Shown here in pieces: positions 9,283-21,262 of a DNA stretch of 64,000 nucleotides. A program made the position numbers and the translations under genes. This DNA is from an uncultured Gammaproteobacteria bacterium (lineage in GTDB: Bacteria; Pseudomonadota; Gammaproteobacteria; SZUA-229), in NCBI GenBank assembly GCA_942492025.1, contig CALODJ010000004.1, positions 84,226 through 148,225 of the forward strand. Direction: 5' to 3'. Below the pieces are notes generated by a model. That model searched no databases, had not been told where the DNA came from, and saw only the letters and a list, made by a program, of their open reading frames with translations. Each line of letters opens with the position of its first letter. The first letter of the stretch is position 1.

Positions 9283-11034
9283 ATGGCTGGCAGAATCCCC
9301 CAATCATTCATTGATGATTTGATTGCACGTGCTGATATTGTGGAAGTGATCAACGCACGTGTACCACTCAAGAAGAAAGGCCGGGAATACACCGCATGCT
9401 GCCCGTTTCACAACGAGAAAACCCCCTCTTTTACCGTGAGCGAAAACAAGCAGTTTTATCACTGCTTTGGCTGTGGTGCGCACGGTACCGCTATCGGCTT
9501 TTTAATGGAGTATGAGCACCTTGACTTTGTCGATGCCATAGAAACACTCGCAGCCGAATACCACCTTGAGGTTCCCCGCGAAGATACACCCAATCAGCCT
9601 GGCCCCGTCGAGAACCGGAAACAGCCGTTATACGAAATACTTGAACAGGCGTCTCGCTTGTATCAGCAACAATTACGCCACTCGAACAGAGCGATTCAAT
9701 ACCTGAAGCAACGTGGCCTCAGCGGTGAAATCGCCCGAAAATACCAGCTCGGCTACGCACCCGACGGGTGGAGCTTCTTATTCGACAAACTGGGCAATAA
9801 TACCAGCAATATCGAAAGCTTGAACATTACCGGCATGCTTGTGGAGAAGTCTGAGAACAAGCACTATGACCGTTTTCGTGACCGCATCATGTTTCCCATC
9901 CTCGATCGCCGTGGACGCACCATCGCCTTCGGTGGCCGCATCATCGATGCAGGGGAACCCAAGTACCTCAATTCGCCCGAGACACCAGTCTTCCATAAAG
10001 GCTATGAACTCTATGGCTTTTACGAAGCGCGTCAGGCACTCAGAAAGCTCGAACGCATCATTGTTGTTGAAGGTTACATGGACGTCGTGGCACTGGCTCA
10101 GCACGGCATTGAATATGCTGTCGCATCACTCGGCACTGCAATGACAAGAGACCAGATTCAGAAGCTGTTTCGCTCCGTCAGCGAAGTCATTTTTTGCTTC
10201 GATGGCGATCAGGCAGGACACAAAGCGGCCTGGCGCGCGCTTGAAAATACCTTGCCGATCATGCGCGATGGCCTGGCAGCCAGATTCCTTTTCCTGCCCG
10301 ATGGTGAAGACCCGGACTCAATGGTACGCAAGCAGGGAAAAGCCGCTTTTGAATCGCGACTGGAAAAGGCTGCGCCCTTATCGGAGTTTCTGTTCGACAA
10401 GCTATTGCAGGGCACTGCTATCGATTCCATGGATGGCAGGGCACGACTGGCAAACAACGCGAAACCATTACTGGCTACCATTCCTGAAAGTATTTTCAGC
10501 GACCTGATGTATAAACGCCTCGCGGAACTGGTTGGCATTGATGAGGAAAAGCTGAAAGCCACACGGACAAGAGTTGAAACGGAACATCAACAGCAAAAGC
10601 CGGTAACACCATCACGCAGTACCAGACAAATCAGACAGAACGCGACACGAGACGCCATTGCCTTGTTGTTACAGCATCCCGAGCTGGCTGATACAGTGGA
10701 ACTTCCCAATTTTTTTGCTGCATCGTCGATGCAGGGTTTCCCCCTGCTGTATGAACTGTACCGGACAGTCAGGGAAACGCCTGGAATATCCTCATCAGCA
10801 TTACTCGAACGCTGGCGTAATAAAGAAGACTTTGAAATTCTGCAAAAGCTAATGCAGCGGAGTGTGTACGGCACCGAGGAAAAAGCCAAGCAGGTGATCG
10901 TGTACAGCGATGCCGTTCACACTCTCGTTGCGAAACACAAGGATGCCCAATTCGAGATACTTGAAAGCAAACTCAAACAGGGCAAGCTAAGCGATGCCGA
11001 GCTCGAGGAATACAAATCACTGTTAACGCGATAA
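9283..11034 (+). CDS. dnaG: DNA primase
   Basis: 583 aa with a zinc-ribbon CPFHNEKTPSFTVSENKQFYHCFGCGAHG, a TOPRIM core, and a C-terminal helicase-binding domain. Confidence 0.9.
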   Translation: MAGRIPQSFIDDLIARADIVEVINARVPLKKKGREYTACCPFHNEKTPSFTVSENKQFYHCFGCGAHGTAIGFLMEYEHLDFVDAIETLAAEYHLEVPREDTPNQPGPVENRKQPLYEILEQASRLYQQQLRHSNRAIQYLKQRGLSGEIARKYQLGYAPDGWSFLFDKLGNNTSNIESLNITGMLVEKSENKHYDRFRDRIMFPILDRRGRTIAFGGRIIDAGEPKYLNSPETPVFHKGYELYGFYEARQALRKLERIIVVEGYMDVVALAQHGIEYAVASLGTAMTRDQIQKLFRSVSEVIFCFDGDQAGHKAAWRALENTLPIMRDGLAARFLFLPDGEDPDSMVRKQGKAAFESRLEKAAPLSEFLFDKLLQGTAIDSMDGRARLANNAKPLLATIPESIFSDLMYKRLAELVGIDEEKLKATRTRVETEHQQQKPVTPSRSTRQIRQNATRDAIALLLQHPELADTVELPNFFAASSMQGFPLLYELYRTVRETPGISSSALLERWRNKEDFEILQKLMQRSVYGTEEKAKQVIVYSDAVHTLVAKHKDAQFEILESKLKQGKLSDAELEEYKSLLTR

Positions 11035-11050
11035 TACGGATAAGGCATTG

Positions 11051-11150
11051 TTTCACCGCAAAGACGCAAAGTAGATTTTTATATCAACCGCGCTAAACCG
11101 CGTGATCGCGAGCGGCAACGCGGCGATCTTTTGCACCTTTGCGGTGAAAA
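11051..11150. terminator. Long imperfect hairpin in the convergent dnaG/rpoH gap, built from a REP-like 19-mer
   Basis: TTCACCGCAAAGACGCAAAG (11051–11071) pairs with CCTTTGCGGTGAAAAAA (11137–11153) around a GC-rich structured loop. It lies between two convergent stop codons, so it is a likely bidirectional terminator. Confidence 0.4.
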
Positions 11151-11225
11151 AAGTCTGTGTCGCGGGTTACATAAAAAAACCTTGTCCAGAGGCAAGGCTT
11201 TTTAGCGGTGTTAGTGAATGATCGC

Positions 11226-12104
11226 TCAGGCGGTGAATGCAACCCTGAGTTTCTTTAGTGCGTTCTTCTCCAGTTGACGAATGCGCTCGGCAGAAACATG
11301 GTATTCATCGGCGAGTTCGTGCAGGGTTGCCTTGTTATCATCGAGCCAGCGCCGCTGGATGATATCGCGACTGCGGTCATCGAGCGTCTTCAATGAGGAC
11401 ATGATGGTAAATTCATATTGCGAGCGCCAGTCATCTGCTTCGAGTTGCTGTGCAGGATCATCGCGCCCGTCACTGAGATAGGCTGCGGGTGCATAGTGAT
11501 TGTCATCATCCTCATCGAGAGGATTATCATAGCCGAGGTCGTGTGCATTCAGGCGTGATTCCATCTCCATTACTGTTTCCGGTTTGACACCAAGTTTGCC
11601 TGCAACATCGTTCACTTCTTCCTGGCTGAACCAGCCGAGGCGTTTCTTCGAGCTACGCAGTTTGAAGAACAGCTTGCGTTGTGCCTTGGTCGTGGCGATT
11701 TTGACAATGCGCCAGTTGCGCAGCACGAACTCATGTATCTCTGCCTTGATCCAGTGCACGGCATAAGATATCAGCCGCACGTCATGTTCCGGTGAGAAGC
11801 GCTTGACCGCCTTCATCAGGCCGATATTCCCTTCCTGGACCAGGTCATTGAAAGACAGGCCATAACCCAGGTAGCCCCTGGCGATACTGACCACAAAACG
11901 CAAGTTTGACATGATCAGTTGCTGCGCAGCTTCGAGATCGTTATGTTCTTGCAGACGCAGTGCGAGCTCACGTTCTTCTTCGCCACTCAGCATCGGAAAA
12001 CTGTTAACTTGACGAATATAGGTGTCAAGGCTATCAACGCTGGCCGGTAAAAAATTAGCCGCAGGTATCAGTGCTCTGTTCATAGTCGATGTTTTTGACA
12101 TCAA
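11226..12104 (-). CDS. rpoH: RNA polymerase sigma-32 (heat-shock sigma factor)
   Basis: 292 aa with the RpoH box QRKLFFKLR, region 2 ([18 protein letters not shown]) and region 4 ([19 protein letters not shown]). The real start may be the internal [10 protein letters not shown]. Confidence 0.9.
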   Translation of the reverse strand: MMSKTSTMNRALIPAANFLPASVDSLDTYIRQVNSFPMLSGEEERELALRLQEHNDLEAAQQLIMSNLRFVVSIARGYLGYGLSFNDLVQEGNIGLMKAVKRFSPEHDVRLISYAVHWIKAEIHEFVLRNWRIVKIATTKAQRKLFFKLRSSKKRLGWFSQEEVNDVAGKLGVKPETVMEMESRLNAHDLGYDNPLDEDDDNHYAPAAYLSDGRDDPAQQLEADDWRSQYEFTIMSSLKTLDDRSRDIIQRRWLDDNKATLHELADEYHVSAERIRQLEKNALKKLRVAFTA

Positions 12105-12322
12105 TTGCCCCTCGTTATCATAAGCTACATATTAGCAGTCTTTTGCTAAGAGTGCTAAATCATAAAATAGTTCCATTCACTGACTTGGCTTGTCTGCATA
12201 TCTGCCAGCACCCATTTCCTGGTCTGATCAGGGAAGAGTTTAATGCAAGTAACTGAAAATATTGCGTATTTATTATGAGGCGCGGGCATGCCAAAGGCCG
12301 GAGCCAAGTTGAGAAATGCGGG

Positions 12323-13327
12323 TTAGCTGGGCTCGATCTCGCTCAGATGCCGGCCCACTGCCAACCAGGAGCCGCCCAGTCCCAGCAGGCAGCTGATCAA
12401 TATCAGCATGCTGATGTCGCCGGCCGATAAACTGCTGATCTGGTAGCTGCTCTGATAAAGCGTGGCCAGCCTCTCCAGCGGTTGTGCCATGATGCCGAGC
12501 GAGATTGCGATCAATAACCACGCCAGCAAACCGCCGCACAGTCCGTACCACATACCGGTATACAGAAATGGCCGTCTAATAAAGGCGTTGGAAGCGCCAA
12601 TCAGCTTGGACACCTGGATCACGTCACGACGGTTCTGTATATCCAGCCGTATGGTGTTGCCGACGATGAGCAGTACCGCCAGACCCAGCAAGCTGCCAAT
12701 AATCCAGACCGCTCGTCGGGCAACGTCAAGCAATGTGTACAGTCGCTTGACCCATTGCATATCGAGTTGTGCCAGTTCGACCCGTCTCTCTTGTTGCAGC
12801 GTTTCCACGAGATGCAATACCCGGTTGGGCTGTTGCTGGTCTATGATGGGCTGTACCGTGATCACATGGGGTAGCGGATTCTCATCGAGAAATTTTATGG
12901 CGTCACCAAAACCGGAAATCTGCTGAAACTCTTGCAGACCTCGCTCGCGATCGATGATACTGACTTTATTAATTTCCTTGTGCAGGCGCAGTTTTTTGGC
13001 AAGCGCATCCGCCTGCTTGATGGTGGTGTCCATTTTCAGAAACAGCGAGATTTGTGTCGTGTCGTCCCATCCCTCGCTGACCTGTGAGACGTTATCCAGC
13101 GCGATATAGAGCCCGGCGGGTAATGCCAGAGCAATGGCGATCACAGCACTCGTCATCAAGCTGGAAACCGGCTGTCGAGACAGGTATCCCAGGCTGGCAA
13201 CAAGCATCTGCAGGTGGTGCCTCAGGTAAGAACGCAGCCGGCTGTTCTTTTTTGTGGCCCTGGATTTTTTTCTGCTCGACGTCTTGCGTTCGGCTGTCTT
13301 TTTCTTCGTGATCGCCCGGGACATCAA
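12323..13327 (-). CDS. ftsX: Cell-division ABC transporter permease-like protein FtsX
   Basis: 334 aa with a basic N-terminus, 4 TM helices and a periplasmic loop. It overlaps ftsE by 4 bp in the conserved ftsYEX order. Confidence 0.85.
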   Translation of the reverse strand: MMSRAITKKKTAERKTSSRKKSRATKKNSRLRSYLRHHLQMLVASLGYLSRQPVSSLMTSAVIAIALALPAGLYIALDNVSQVSEGWDDTTQISLFLKMDTTIKQADALAKKLRLHKEINKVSIIDRERGLQEFQQISGFGDAIKFLDENPLPHVITVQPIIDQQQPNRVLHLVETLQQERRVELAQLDMQWVKRLYTLLDVARRAVWIIGSLLGLAVLLIVGNTIRLDIQNRRDVIQVSKLIGASNAFIRRPFLYTGMWYGLCGGLLAWLLIAISLGIMAQPLERLATLYQSSYQISSLSAGDISMLILISCLLGLGGSWLAVGRHLSEIEPS

Positions 13328-14013
13328 TGTGCACGCTCCTGCGAATCCGTCAGCAGCTCATTGCGTTCTATTCTGCCCTGGTTGAGGCTAATAACCGGAA
13401 ACCCTGTCTGCCTGATCAAATCCAGATCGTGGCTGGCGATCAGAACCGTGGTGCCATACTGGTTGAAGCGCACAAACAGCTCCATGATCTCTCGTGACAG
13501 ATCCGGATCAAGATTACCGGTTGGCTCATCGGCCAGCAGTAGAGCCGGTTTGTGGACGATAGCGCGCGCAATACCCACGCGCTGCTGTTCACCGCCAGAG
13601 AGGGTGATAGGGTCGGCTTTTTCCTTATTCAGCAGTCCCACCTGGTCGAGCGCGGCACGAACACGTTTGCCGATTTCGCGATGGCCGTAACCCTGTATCA
13701 CCAACGGCAAGGCTACGTTATCGAATACCGGCCGGTCGTACAACAAATGGTGGTTCTGAAAGATGATACCAATATTGCGCCTTATCTGTGGAATACGCCT
13801 TTTCGGCAGGTTGTTCAGGTGGATACCGTCGAGAAATATGTGGCCACGGCTCGGACGTTCGATCAATGTGACCAGTTTGAGCAAAGTGCTTTTACCGGCA
13901 CCCGAGTGGCCGGTCAAAAAAGCCAGTTTACCGCGAGGCAGATGAAAGCTGGCTCTGCTCAGGGCTTCAAAGCCACCGGGATAGCGTTTACTGATATTGT
14001 CGAATCGTATCAT
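13324..14013 (-). CDS. ftsE: Cell-division ABC transporter ATPase FtsE
   Basis: MIRFDNISKRYPGG...GHSGAGKSTLLK (Walker A), LSGGEQQRVGIARA (ABC signature), and LLLADEPTGNLD (Walker B). Confidence 0.9.
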   Translation of the reverse strand: MIRFDNISKRYPGGFEALSRASFHLPRGKLAFLTGHSGAGKSTLLKLVTLIERPSRGHIFLDGIHLNNLPKRRIPQIRRNIGIIFQNHHLLYDRPVFDNVALPLVIQGYGHREIGKRVRAALDQVGLLNKEKADPITLSGGEQQRVGIARAIVHKPALLLADEPTGNLDPDLSREIMELFVRFNQYGTTVLIASHDLDLIRQTGFPVISLNQGRIERNELLTDSQERAH

Positions 14014-14087
14014 TGCTGCTGATTATGCCCTTGATTCCGCTTTCCCTGTCGATACACCCTGGTGTGCGTCTGGAATAATGAGGCAGA

Positions 14088-15080
14088 TTAGTCTTCTATT
14101 ATGGCCGTGACGAACTCTCGGGCATGGAACGGTCTCAGGTCCTCGATGCCTTCACCCACGCCAATAAAGCGTATTGGCAGTCCCAGCTTTCGCGCGATGG
14201 CGAACAGGATACCGCCCTTGGCGGTGCCGTCGAGCTTGGTGACCGCCAGTCCGGTGAGGCCCAGCGCACGGTGAAACTGCTCGGCCTGCTGCAGTGCATT
14301 CTGACCAAAGCCAGCATCCATAATCAACAGGGTCTCATGAGGCGCTTCGGCATCCAGTTTTGCGATCACGCGCTTGATCTTTGCGAGTTCATCCATCAGG
14401 TTGCTCTGGGTGTGCAGGCGACCTGCAGTATCGGCGATAACGACATCGATATTTTTTGATTGTGCGGACTGCACCGCATCGTAAATCACCGAAGCGGCAT
14501 CGGCGCCGGTGGCCTGCGCGACCACGGCGACAGCGTTACGCGCGCCCCATTCCTGTAACTGCTCGACCGCGGCAGCACGGAAAGTGTCGCCCGCTGCAAG
14601 CATCACCGACAAGCCCTGCTGCAGGAAATAATGGGTGAGTTTACCGATGCTGGTGGTCTTGCCGGCGCCGTTGATGCCGACAACGAGGATGACGAAGGGT
14701 TTGTTCGCCCGGGTAACGTCCAGCGCCTGCTCGCAGGGCTGGAGTATTTCGCTCATGCGTTCCGCCAATGCCAGTTGCAGGGCGCTTTCGTTACTCAGTG
14801 CCTTGCGTGACAACTGTGATTGCAGCGCATCGATGATCTCGGTGGTTGCCTCGATACCGACATCCGCGCTCAACAGGCTGGTTTCCAGTTCCTCCAGGGT
14901 ATCACGGTCAATCTCCTTTTTTCCGAGGAAAAAATCGGCCATGTTGTCACCCAGGCCCCGCCGCGTTTTTGCCAGGCGGCTGGCGAGACTGTCATTGGTT
15001 GAATCTGTGGGTGTTTCTGTTGTCGAACCAGTTTCAACAGGTTGTTTGCGTTTACCAAAACCGAACATGGTGATGTACAA
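14088..15080 (-). CDS. ftsY: Signal-recognition-particle receptor FtsY (short form, NG domain)
   Basis: GVNGAGKTTSIGKL and DTAGR, the SRP-GTPase motifs. It is upstream of ftsE-ftsX on the same strand. Confidence 0.85.
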   Translation of the reverse strand: MYITMFGFGKRKQPVETGSTTETPTDSTNDSLASRLAKTRRGLGDNMADFFLGKKEIDRDTLEELETSLLSADVGIEATTEIIDALQSQLSRKALSNESALQLALAERMSEILQPCEQALDVTRANKPFVILVVGINGAGKTTSIGKLTHYFLQQGLSVMLAAGDTFRAAAVEQLQEWGARNAVAVVAQATGADAASVIYDAVQSAQSKNIDVVIADTAGRLHTQSNLMDELAKIKRVIAKLDAEAPHETLLIMDAGFGQNALQQAEQFHRALGLTGLAVTKLDGTAKGGILFAIARKLGLPIRFIGVGEGIEDLRPFHAREFVTAIIED

Positions 15081-15390
15081 CCGAGTAGAGTAAATCAGGC
15101 GGATATCCTATCATCCTGGAAACCGCAGTTGAACACAGTATTGGCACCCTTGGCGGGCAGGCTGAGTAAAATATCGCATTCAGCAACAGGCCGACGTCCG
15201 CAGTGAGGCCCGAAACGCGCCGTAAGGCCAGAGTGACAGACACTGATGGTGCCGCAGTTGAGCTGCAGCCTGAACGCCATCTATGCTACAACTCTTTACA
15301 AAGTGATTGAGTTGATTAGCCTGATGGATGATCAGCGTCGTGTTCCGGGAAGGTGGTGCTGACAAGAGAAAAGGAGCTTATAGCTGAATT

Positions 15391-16806
15391 ATGCGTATTT
15401 ACATTTTACTGATCGCACTGGCAACGCTGGTGATCGGATTTACACTTTTTGTCTTCATGGGCGATGAACAGCCAACGGATGAGAATGCTGAAACCGGTAT
15501 TCAGTCCACACTGCTGAAAAACGGCATGAAGGTCATTGTCCAGGAGAACCGCAGGGCACCTGTTGTGGTTTCCCAGGTGTGGTACAAAGTCGGTGGCGCT
15601 TACGAGCATGATGGCATCACCGGTATTTCGCACGTGCTCGAACACATGATGTTCAAGGGAACGGAGGACAACCCTGCAGGAAAATTCTCGGAAATCATCG
15701 CTGCGCACGGTGGCCGCGAGAATGCTTTTACCAGCAAGGACTACACGGCGTATTTTCAACGAATCTCGAATGAGCATCTGGAACTGTGTCTGCGCCTGGA
15801 GGCGGACCGCATGCGAAACCTTCTGCTGGATGAAGAGGAATTTGTCAAAGAAATCGAAGTGATCAAGGAAGAGCGTCGTTTGCGCACTGACGACAAGCCG
15901 ACTTCATTGACGTACGAACGCTTCAATGCAGTGGCATTTGCCAACAATCCCTACCGTCAACCGATTATCGGCTGGATGGAGGATCTCAATACCATGAACG
16001 TTGACGACTTACGTGAATGGTATCAAACATGGTATGCACCGAATAACGCGACACTGGTCGTGGTGGGCGACGTTCGCGCAAAAGAGGTATTTTCCCTGGC
16101 GAAAGAATATTTTGGACCACTGAAGCCGGCCGATCTGACGCAACTCAAGCCGCGTAAGGAAGCCAAACAGTACGGTGTTCAGCGCGTCGAGGTCAAGGTG
16201 CCTGCCCGTGTTCCGTTTCTGGTCATGGGTTACAAGGTCCCGGTGCTGACATCTGCAGATGACAAGGATGAGGTGTACGCGCTCGAACTGCTGGCGGGTC
16301 TGCTCGATGGGGGTAACAGTTCACGGTTCTCGAAAAACCTGGTACGTGGCAGCCATATCGCGACCAGTGTCGCAGCCAACTACAATCTTTACGCGATGCG
16401 CGACAGTCTGTTCACACTATCGGCAATTCCGGCCGACGGTACCTCGATGGATGCAATGGAAACCGCAATCATCGAGCAGATACAGGCCATTCAAGACGAA
16501 CCACCTACAGCGGCCGAGCTCGCCCGGGTAAAAGCCCAGGTTGTTGCATCTTCAGTGTATGAACAGGATTCAAGTTTTTATCAGGCCATGAAGCTGGGTA
16601 TTATGGAGACCATTGGGCTTGGCTGGCAAACCAAAGATGAGTATGTCGATCGTATCAATGCGGTTACTGCTGAACAGGTGCAGCACGTCGCGCGAAAATA
16701 CTTTGTCGAGGACCAACTCACGGTAGCCGAGCTGGTTCCACAGTCACTCGAGCCGCAGCCACCAGCGCGGGATGCTGTTTCGGCAGGAGCGGACCATGCG
16801 CGATAA
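15391..16806 (+). CDS. M16 (pitrilysin) family zinc peptidase, active subunit
   Basis: Signal/TM N-terminus. The inverted zinc motif HxxEH is present (GISHVLEHMMFKGT), followed by the downstream E of M16 enzymes. Confidence 0.8.
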   Translation: MRIYILLIALATLVIGFTLFVFMGDEQPTDENAETGIQSTLLKNGMKVIVQENRRAPVVVSQVWYKVGGAYEHDGITGISHVLEHMMFKGTEDNPAGKFSEIIAAHGGRENAFTSKDYTAYFQRISNEHLELCLRLEADRMRNLLLDEEEFVKEIEVIKEERRLRTDDKPTSLTYERFNAVAFANNPYRQPIIGWMEDLNTMNVDDLREWYQTWYAPNNATLVVVGDVRAKEVFSLAKEYFGPLKPADLTQLKPRKEAKQYGVQRVEVKVPARVPFLVMGYKVPVLTSADDKDEVYALELLAGLLDGGNSSRFSKNLVRGSHIATSVAANYNLYAMRDSLFTLSAIPADGTSMDAMETAIIEQIQAIQDEPPTAAELARVKAQVVASSVYEQDSSFYQAMKLGIMETIGLGWQTKDEYVDRINAVTAEQVQHVARKYFVEDQLTVAELVPQSLEPQPPARDAVSAGADHAR

Positions 16807-18105
16807 CGTCTTCCTCCGCATTTGTGTGCTGTTGATCGCGGCTGTATCGCCTCAGATACAGGCATCTCCCGAGATTCAAAGCTGGAGCACCCAGCATGGC
16901 GCGAAAGTCCTTTTCGTGGAAAACACGATGTTGCCCATGCTGGATGTGCGCATTGTGTTTGACGCGGCAAGTGCACGCGACGGTGATCTACCCGGTGTAG
17001 CCATGCTGACCAATGGCCTGCTGGCTGAAGGCGCTGCGGGTAAGGATGCGCAGGCACTGGCTGAGCTTCTTGAATCGGTCGGCGCACAGTTTGATAACGG
17101 CTCTTTACGTGATATGGCGTATGTCGGGGTGCGCACACTGACCGATGAGAAATATCTGGATGCGGCGATAAACACCCTCGCCGATGTGCTCAGCCGACCC
17201 GATTTTCCCCAGTCTGCGTTCGATCGGGAGCTGGCGCGCATGAAAGTCGCACTCGAGGCACGCAAGCAATCACCCGCGGATATTGCAGAGGAAGCGTTTT
17301 TCAAGGCGGTTTATGCTGACCACCCTTACGCCCGGCCATCCGGGGGCACCCCGCAGAGCCTGGCGCAAATCAAGCTGGAGGATGTTAAAGCGTTTTATCA
17401 ACGATACTATGTCGCCAGTAATGCGGCCATTGCCATTGTCGGTGCCGTGGATCGCGAGCGGGCAGAGGAAATCGTTGAGCGTCTGATGGCGAATCTGCCC
17501 GCAGGCAGCAAACCTGAGCCATTGCCTGCGGTCCCAGAGCTGGTACGGGCGCAGACGATCAAGATCGATTACCCATCGAAGCAAAGTCACATTTATATGG
17601 GACAGCCTGGCATGAAACGCACGGATGAAGACTTCTTCGACTTGTACGTAGCCAATCACCCTTTTGGCGGCAGCGGTTTCGCATCACGCCTTGTCGGTGA
17701 GATCAGGGAAGACAGAGGGCTGGCCTACAGCGTCAGTAGTAATTTTTCGCCAATGCGGGCAAAGGGTCCTTTCATTATCAGTATGCAGACGCGTGCCGAC
17801 CAGACCGAACAGGCTCTGACCCTGCTGGAGTCTGAACTTAAGAAATATGTCGCCGAGGGTCCCGATAAGGCCGAGCTAGAACACAGTATCAGCAATATTA
17901 CCGGCAGCTATCCCTTGAGTCTCGACAGTAACAGCAAACTGCTGGGTTCTCTGGCGATGATGGCGTTTTATGATTTGCCGGAAGATTATCTCGAAACCTA
18001 TATCGCCAATGTCCGCAAAGTCAATAAAAGCGACATCAAGCGTGTGCTGAAAAACAGGATTGATGTCGATAATATGGTGACCGTTGTCGTTGGCAATGGT
18101 GGCTG

Positions 18106-18106
<1 letters not shown>
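16796..18106 (+). CDS. M16 family peptidase, second (probably non-catalytic) subunit
   Basis: A signal peptide (MRDNVFLRICVLLIAAVSPQIQA) begins at the ATG at 16796, overlapping the first M16 gene. It has the M16 fold but no HxxEH motif. Tandem M16 pairs typically form heterodimers. Confidence 0.75.
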
Positions 18107-19160
<1,054 letters not shown>

Positions 19161-19226
19161 TTTTGTTTGTAGATAGCATAGAGGCGAAAATCTTCGTGCA
19201 ATCTACAGGCTGACTCAACGCATTGA

Positions 19227-19514
<288 letters not shown>

Positions 19515-19553
19515 TGTATTAATATCTGCCAACTAAAAGCAGTTATCAGGCGT

Positions 19554-21227
19554 ATGAAAGCGGTCCTTTTATTTCGCCTGGTTTTCTTTAGCTTTGCCCT
19601 GTCTTTTTCTGTTGATGGGTATTCGCAAGACGCTGCTGTCGCAAGTGCACATCCTCTGGCAACGGATGCGGGTATAGAGATCCTCAATAAGGGCGGGAAC
19701 GCGTTTGATGCGGCGGTTGCTGTGACCGCAACACTGGCCGTCGTGGAGCCGTACAGTTCCGGTATTGGCGGTGGTGGCTTCTGGTTGCTGCACATCGATC
19801 AGGATAACCGTGATGTCATGATCGACGGGCGTGAACGCGCACCGCTCGCGGCTGACCGTGATATGTATCTGGACGAGCAGGGTCACGTTGTGCCGGGTGC
19901 GTCGATCAATGGTCCACTGTCAGCGGGCATTCCTGGTGTACCCGCGGCGATTGCGCATCTGGCATCACGCTACGGCAGCCTGCCTTTGTCAGTGACCCTC
20001 GAAGCGGCAATCAGGTATGCAAGGAAAGGCTTCACTACAGACGCGTATTATCAGCGTATGGCGGCACTTCGCGAGCAAGCGCTCAATGCATCAGAGGATG
20101 CCGCAAGCATTTTTCTTCAAAACAATAAAGCGCCCGAACCAGGCAGTCTTATCGTTCAGCCCGAACTCGCCGATACCCTCAGCACAATAGCCAGGGAAGG
20201 TGCACGTGGATTTTATCAGGGAGAACTGGCAAAGCGCATGGTCGAGTCCGTTGTCAGCCGGGGTGGCATATGGAGCATGCAGGACCTGGCTTCATACCGC
20301 ATCGTAGAGCGCGAACCGATCCGGGCAGAGTACAAGGGTATGCAGGTGGTCTCTGTGATGCCACCGTCCTCGGGTGGCGTCGCTCTCGTACAAATGCTGA
20401 ATATGCTCGCGGACTTTGATTATGCGGCCTTGTCTGAAACCAGCCGTATCCATGTCCTTGCCGAGGTTATGCGGCGCGCCTATCGAGACCGTGCCGAATT
20501 TTTAGGTGACACCGACTTTGTCAAGGTGCCTGTGAGCAGGCTTACGTCAAAAAAACATGCGCTCATGCTGGCTGGCAGTATTCAGCTCGATGAAGCGACA
20601 CCGAGTCGCGAACTGGCTCCGGTAATAAAGGATGTGGATAAAGCCAAAGACACAACGCATTTTTCAATTATCGACGGAGACGGTAATCGGGTATCCGCCA
20701 CCTTGTCAATAAACTACCCGTTCGGGTCGGGTTTCGTTGCTGAGGGAACGGGTGTTCTGCTCAATGATGAGATGGATGATTTTTCATCGAAACCGGGCGA
20801 ACCCAATGTTTATGGTCTGGTCGGCGCGCAGGCCAATGCGATTGAGCCGGGAAAACGCATGCTCTCCAGCATGACACCGACCTTTCTTGAGACGCAGGAT
20901 CGTATTGCGGTTCTGGGCACTCCGGGCGGCAGCAGGATCATCACCATGGTGCTGCTGGCAGCACTCACTTTCCATGAAGGCGGTAATGCCGAGGATATGG
21001 TGAATCGCGGTCGGTTTCATCATCAGTATCTACCCGACAGAATATTTGTTGAACCCGGCGTGTTCTCAGAACCGTTACTGGCTAGACTTTTCGAGCTGGG
21101 TCATGAAACCGAAATACTCGACTCAGAGTACGGCAACATGCATGTAATTGTACAGCATAAAAAAACCGGGCAACTGGATGCGGCCGCGGACAAAAGGGGG
21201 GGCGGCAAGGCGCGGGTCGAACCCTGA
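19554..21227 (+). CDS. ggt: Gamma-glutamyltranspeptidase
   Basis: Signal peptide plus the GGT autoprocessing/nucleophile region DTTHFSIIDGDGNRVSATLSINYPFGSGFVAEGTGVLLNDEMDDFS; 557 aa. Confidence 0.9.
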   Translation: MKAVLLFRLVFFSFALSFSVDGYSQDAAVASAHPLATDAGIEILNKGGNAFDAAVAVTATLAVVEPYSSGIGGGGFWLLHIDQDNRDVMIDGRERAPLAADRDMYLDEQGHVVPGASINGPLSAGIPGVPAAIAHLASRYGSLPLSVTLEAAIRYARKGFTTDAYYQRMAALREQALNASEDAASIFLQNNKAPEPGSLIVQPELADTLSTIAREGARGFYQGELAKRMVESVVSRGGIWSMQDLASYRIVEREPIRAEYKGMQVVSVMPPSSGGVALVQMLNMLADFDYAALSETSRIHVLAEVMRRAYRDRAEFLGDTDFVKVPVSRLTSKKHALMLAGSIQLDEATPSRELAPVIKDVDKAKDTTHFSIIDGDGNRVSATLSINYPFGSGFVAEGTGVLLNDEMDDFSSKPGEPNVYGLVGAQANAIEPGKRMLSSMTPTFLETQDRIAVLGTPGGSRIITMVLLAALTFHEGGNAEDMVNRGRFHHQYLPDRIFVEPGVFSEPLLARLFELGHETEILDSEYGNMHVIVQHKKTGQLDAAADKRGGGKARVEP

Positions 21228-21262
21228 TTGACGATGTTTTATTAACGCGTTAAAAAAATATT

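Noticed and set aside
12273-12551. 92-aa minus-strand ORF spanning the rpoH promoter region and the ftsX 3' end
   Set aside because: It overlaps ftsX in another frame and runs through the MITE solo end. It is better explained as non-coding promoter or leader sequence of rpoH.
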